From: Macrostomum hystrix
Taxonomy: Eukaryota; Animalia; Platyhelminthes
NCBI GenBank assembly: GCA_950097015.1
Contig: CATNEN010000003.1
Span: 11,842,001-11,906,000 of the forward strand
Length of the DNA stretch: 64,000 nt
Direction: 5' to 3'
Below, in pieces: positions 61,772 through 64,000 of this stretch. Made by a program: the position numbers and the translations under genes. The notes under the pieces are model-generated. The model worked only from the letters and a program-made list of their open reading frames with translations. It was not told the origin of the DNA and did not search any database. Position 1 is the stretch's first letter, and each line of letters starts with the position of its first letter.

Positions 61772-64000
61772 TCAACGCATTGTTAGCCAAATGACGATGA
61801 CAGCCGCTGACAACACCTGCAAGGTCCAGCAGCTTGTCAGTGGACTGGCTGATTTTTTATACCAGTCTTCGCCAGGGCAGTCGGCGTCCCAGCCGACGCG
61901 GGCGCCATTCTCCTTGTTTTTGGCAGCGATGAAAGTTTGCAGTGGGGCGAAATAGTCGAGAAGCGGCTGCGCGCTGATCTCTCGGGTGCCGCTGATCTGG
62001 TAGAGTGCCTCCTCCCAATGGACTGAACTGCCCAGCTCAAGCATGGCCCTGTTTGCAATGATTGGAGCTTGGCGCTTGCACATATCTAACAGGTGATGTT
62101 CCTGTCTAACAGATTATTGTTCTTGTCTAACAGGTGATGTTCCTGTCTAACAGATTATTGTTCTTCTCTAACAGGTAATGTTTCTGTCTAACAGATTATT
62201 GTTCTTGTCTAACAGGTGATGTTCCTGTCTAACAGATTATTGTTCTTGTCTAACAGGTGATGTTTCTGTCTAACAGATTATTGTTCTTGTCTAAGAGGTG
62301 ATGTTTCTGTCTAACAGGTTATGGTTCTGTCTAACTGAAGATGTTTCTGTCTAACAGGTGATGTTTCTGTCTAACAGGTGATGTTCCTGTCTAACAGATT
62401 ATTGTTCTTGTCTAACAGGTGATGTTTGTGTCTAACAGATTATTGTTCTTGTCTAACAGGTGATGTTTCTGTCTAACAGATTATTGTTCTTGTCTAACAG
62501 GTGATGTTTCTGTCTAACACGTGATGTTTCTGTCTAATAGGTTATGGTTCTGTCTAACAGGTGATGTTTCTGTCTAACAGGTTATGGTTCTGTCTAACTG
62601 AAGATGTTTCTGTCTAACAGGTGATTTTTCTGTCTAACAGGTGATGTTCCTGTCTAACAGGTGATGTTTCTGTCTAACTGGTGAGGTTCCTATTTTCAGG
62701 TTTCTGATTCATCATCAAATCCTCAAAATAGGTTACAGAGCGGAATAGGATAATGTTTTGTACTCATTGTAAACATTGCGTACAAAAAATTAATTAAAGA
62801 AGTTCTACTAAAAGTAGTCAAAAAGGTTCTGCAAGTTAACAAAGTTAAAAAAGGCAGCAAAGCGAGCTCACTTTAGCTTGGCGCCAGCGGCCGGGTTGCC
62901 ATAGATACTACACTTGTGCAGATTCTCCGTGACTCCAGCGGCATTGCACAGGGACTTGTGAAATTGAAACTGCAGCAGCAGGCTGATAAAGTATCTGCGA
63001 AAATAAAAAGCAAAGATAAGAACTTTTCTCGTAGCTAAAGATTTTGCTCCCGTTATCTGAGTCAAAAGCAATTAGAAATTTTAATTTTAATTTTATTATC
63101 ACAAAATTTTCAGTCTGAATGCGGCGTGGTAAAGTCGGCAGGTAACTATGGAGATAAGAAACACAAACAAATTTAGGTTGCGAGATTTTGCACGTGATTT
63201 TTTAAAACTTAATAATTAAGTAACTCTTTAAATGGATTTTAAACTCAAAATAGTGATGCGCGAATATTTTAACGAATAAAAATCCCAAACACTGGTGTAT
63301 CAGCTTAAAAAATCCCAACTCACGTAAACCCAAATCACAGAATACAACTCGAAATTCTCAGCTGGAGTTTCAATGCTCATGAATTCGAACTGGGGAATCC
63401 CAATTTGGGAATAAAATTAGGGAATCCTAACTCGAGAATCCCGGCTTTACGAAACCTCAACTCGCAGATTACCAAACTAATATCTCAGCTGGAGGATCCA
63501 AGCCGAGGAATCCCGAATTAGTAATCCCAATTCGAGAAACTAAACCGGGAAATCCTAACTCGGGGACTCCTAAATGAGGAATCTCTGCATTAGAATCCCA
63601 ACTCAAGAATTACAAATGAGGAATCCCAACTGGGGAATCTCAACTGGGGAATCTCAACTCGGGAATTCCAACTGGGGAAACCCAACAGGGGAATCCCAAC
63701 TGGGGAATCCTAACTGGGGAATCCCAACTGGGGAATCCCAACTGGGGAATCCTAACTGGGGAATCCCAACTAGGGAATCCTAACTCAATGCGGCCCAGCT
63801 GCCGCAGCCTCACCTCATGTACTCCACATTCGCCACAACATGATAAATTGCTCCGGCGTCGAAGTCCTTCTCGGAGCGGAGCACGGGACTCGACACGCCC
63901 ATCAGCTGGCAGCGCTGATTGACCCACTCGGAGTTCCACTTGTCCTTTGGCACCTGGCCTTTGAGCAGTTTGTATCGATAATGATCAATCAGGTAACCGA
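61772..64000 (-). CDS. ACE: Angiotensin-converting enzyme (peptidase M2), last three exons: >64000-63814, 62994-62872, 62048-61772
   Basis: [34 protein letters not shown]...LHKCSIY...[14 protein letters not shown]...PLLDYFAPL...VGW; hydrophobic C-terminus. Confidence 0.93.
62083..62690. repeat. 20/21-bp array with TCTAACAG core (TCTAACAGGTGATGTTTCTG)
   Basis: Tandem; ~35 nt from the ACE acceptor. Confidence 0.95.
63380..63787. repeat. ~15-bp array GGGGAATCCCAACT(G), degenerating away from the donor
   Basis: Tandem; starts ~25 nt into the ACE intron. Confidence 0.85.

Overview
Animal genomic DNA with GT-AG introns, CAG/poly-Q tracts, (TATC)n and many minisatellites; the style suggests a Macrostomum-like flatworm (inference). 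Host genes reconstructed by hand: a 4-exon LRR transmembrane receptor (6740-12669 +), a 5-exon 7-EC delta-type protocadherin (16334-28935 +), a KIAA2013/DUF2152 homolog, RPL3 and UFD1 in a tight co-oriented cluster (45487-52341 +), a frameshifted ankyrin + Mab-21/cGAS-like nucleotidyltransferase (54071-56873 +), a Q-rich gene built from duplicated exons (58452-61103 +) and the 3' end of ACE (-). Mobile DNA: an IS630/Tc1 fragment, two tRNA-derived SINE families, a 5'-truncated RNase H LINE, a Harbinger remnant, a possible hAT-like remnant and a solo LTR. Top findings: (1) a ~195-bp TSD-flanked non-autonomous retroelement (34215-34407) whose first 90 nt fold into a complete HDV-like ribozyme and whose 3' end is homologous to the adjacent RNase H LINE, both sitting in one (GCA)n tract; (2) a protocadherin intron whose two ends are tandem arrays of mutually complementary TGTCTAACAGGT / ACCTGTTAGACA units, part of a wider pattern of minisatellites starting next to splice sites. 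Repeat boundaries are approximate, and all assignments were made by eye.
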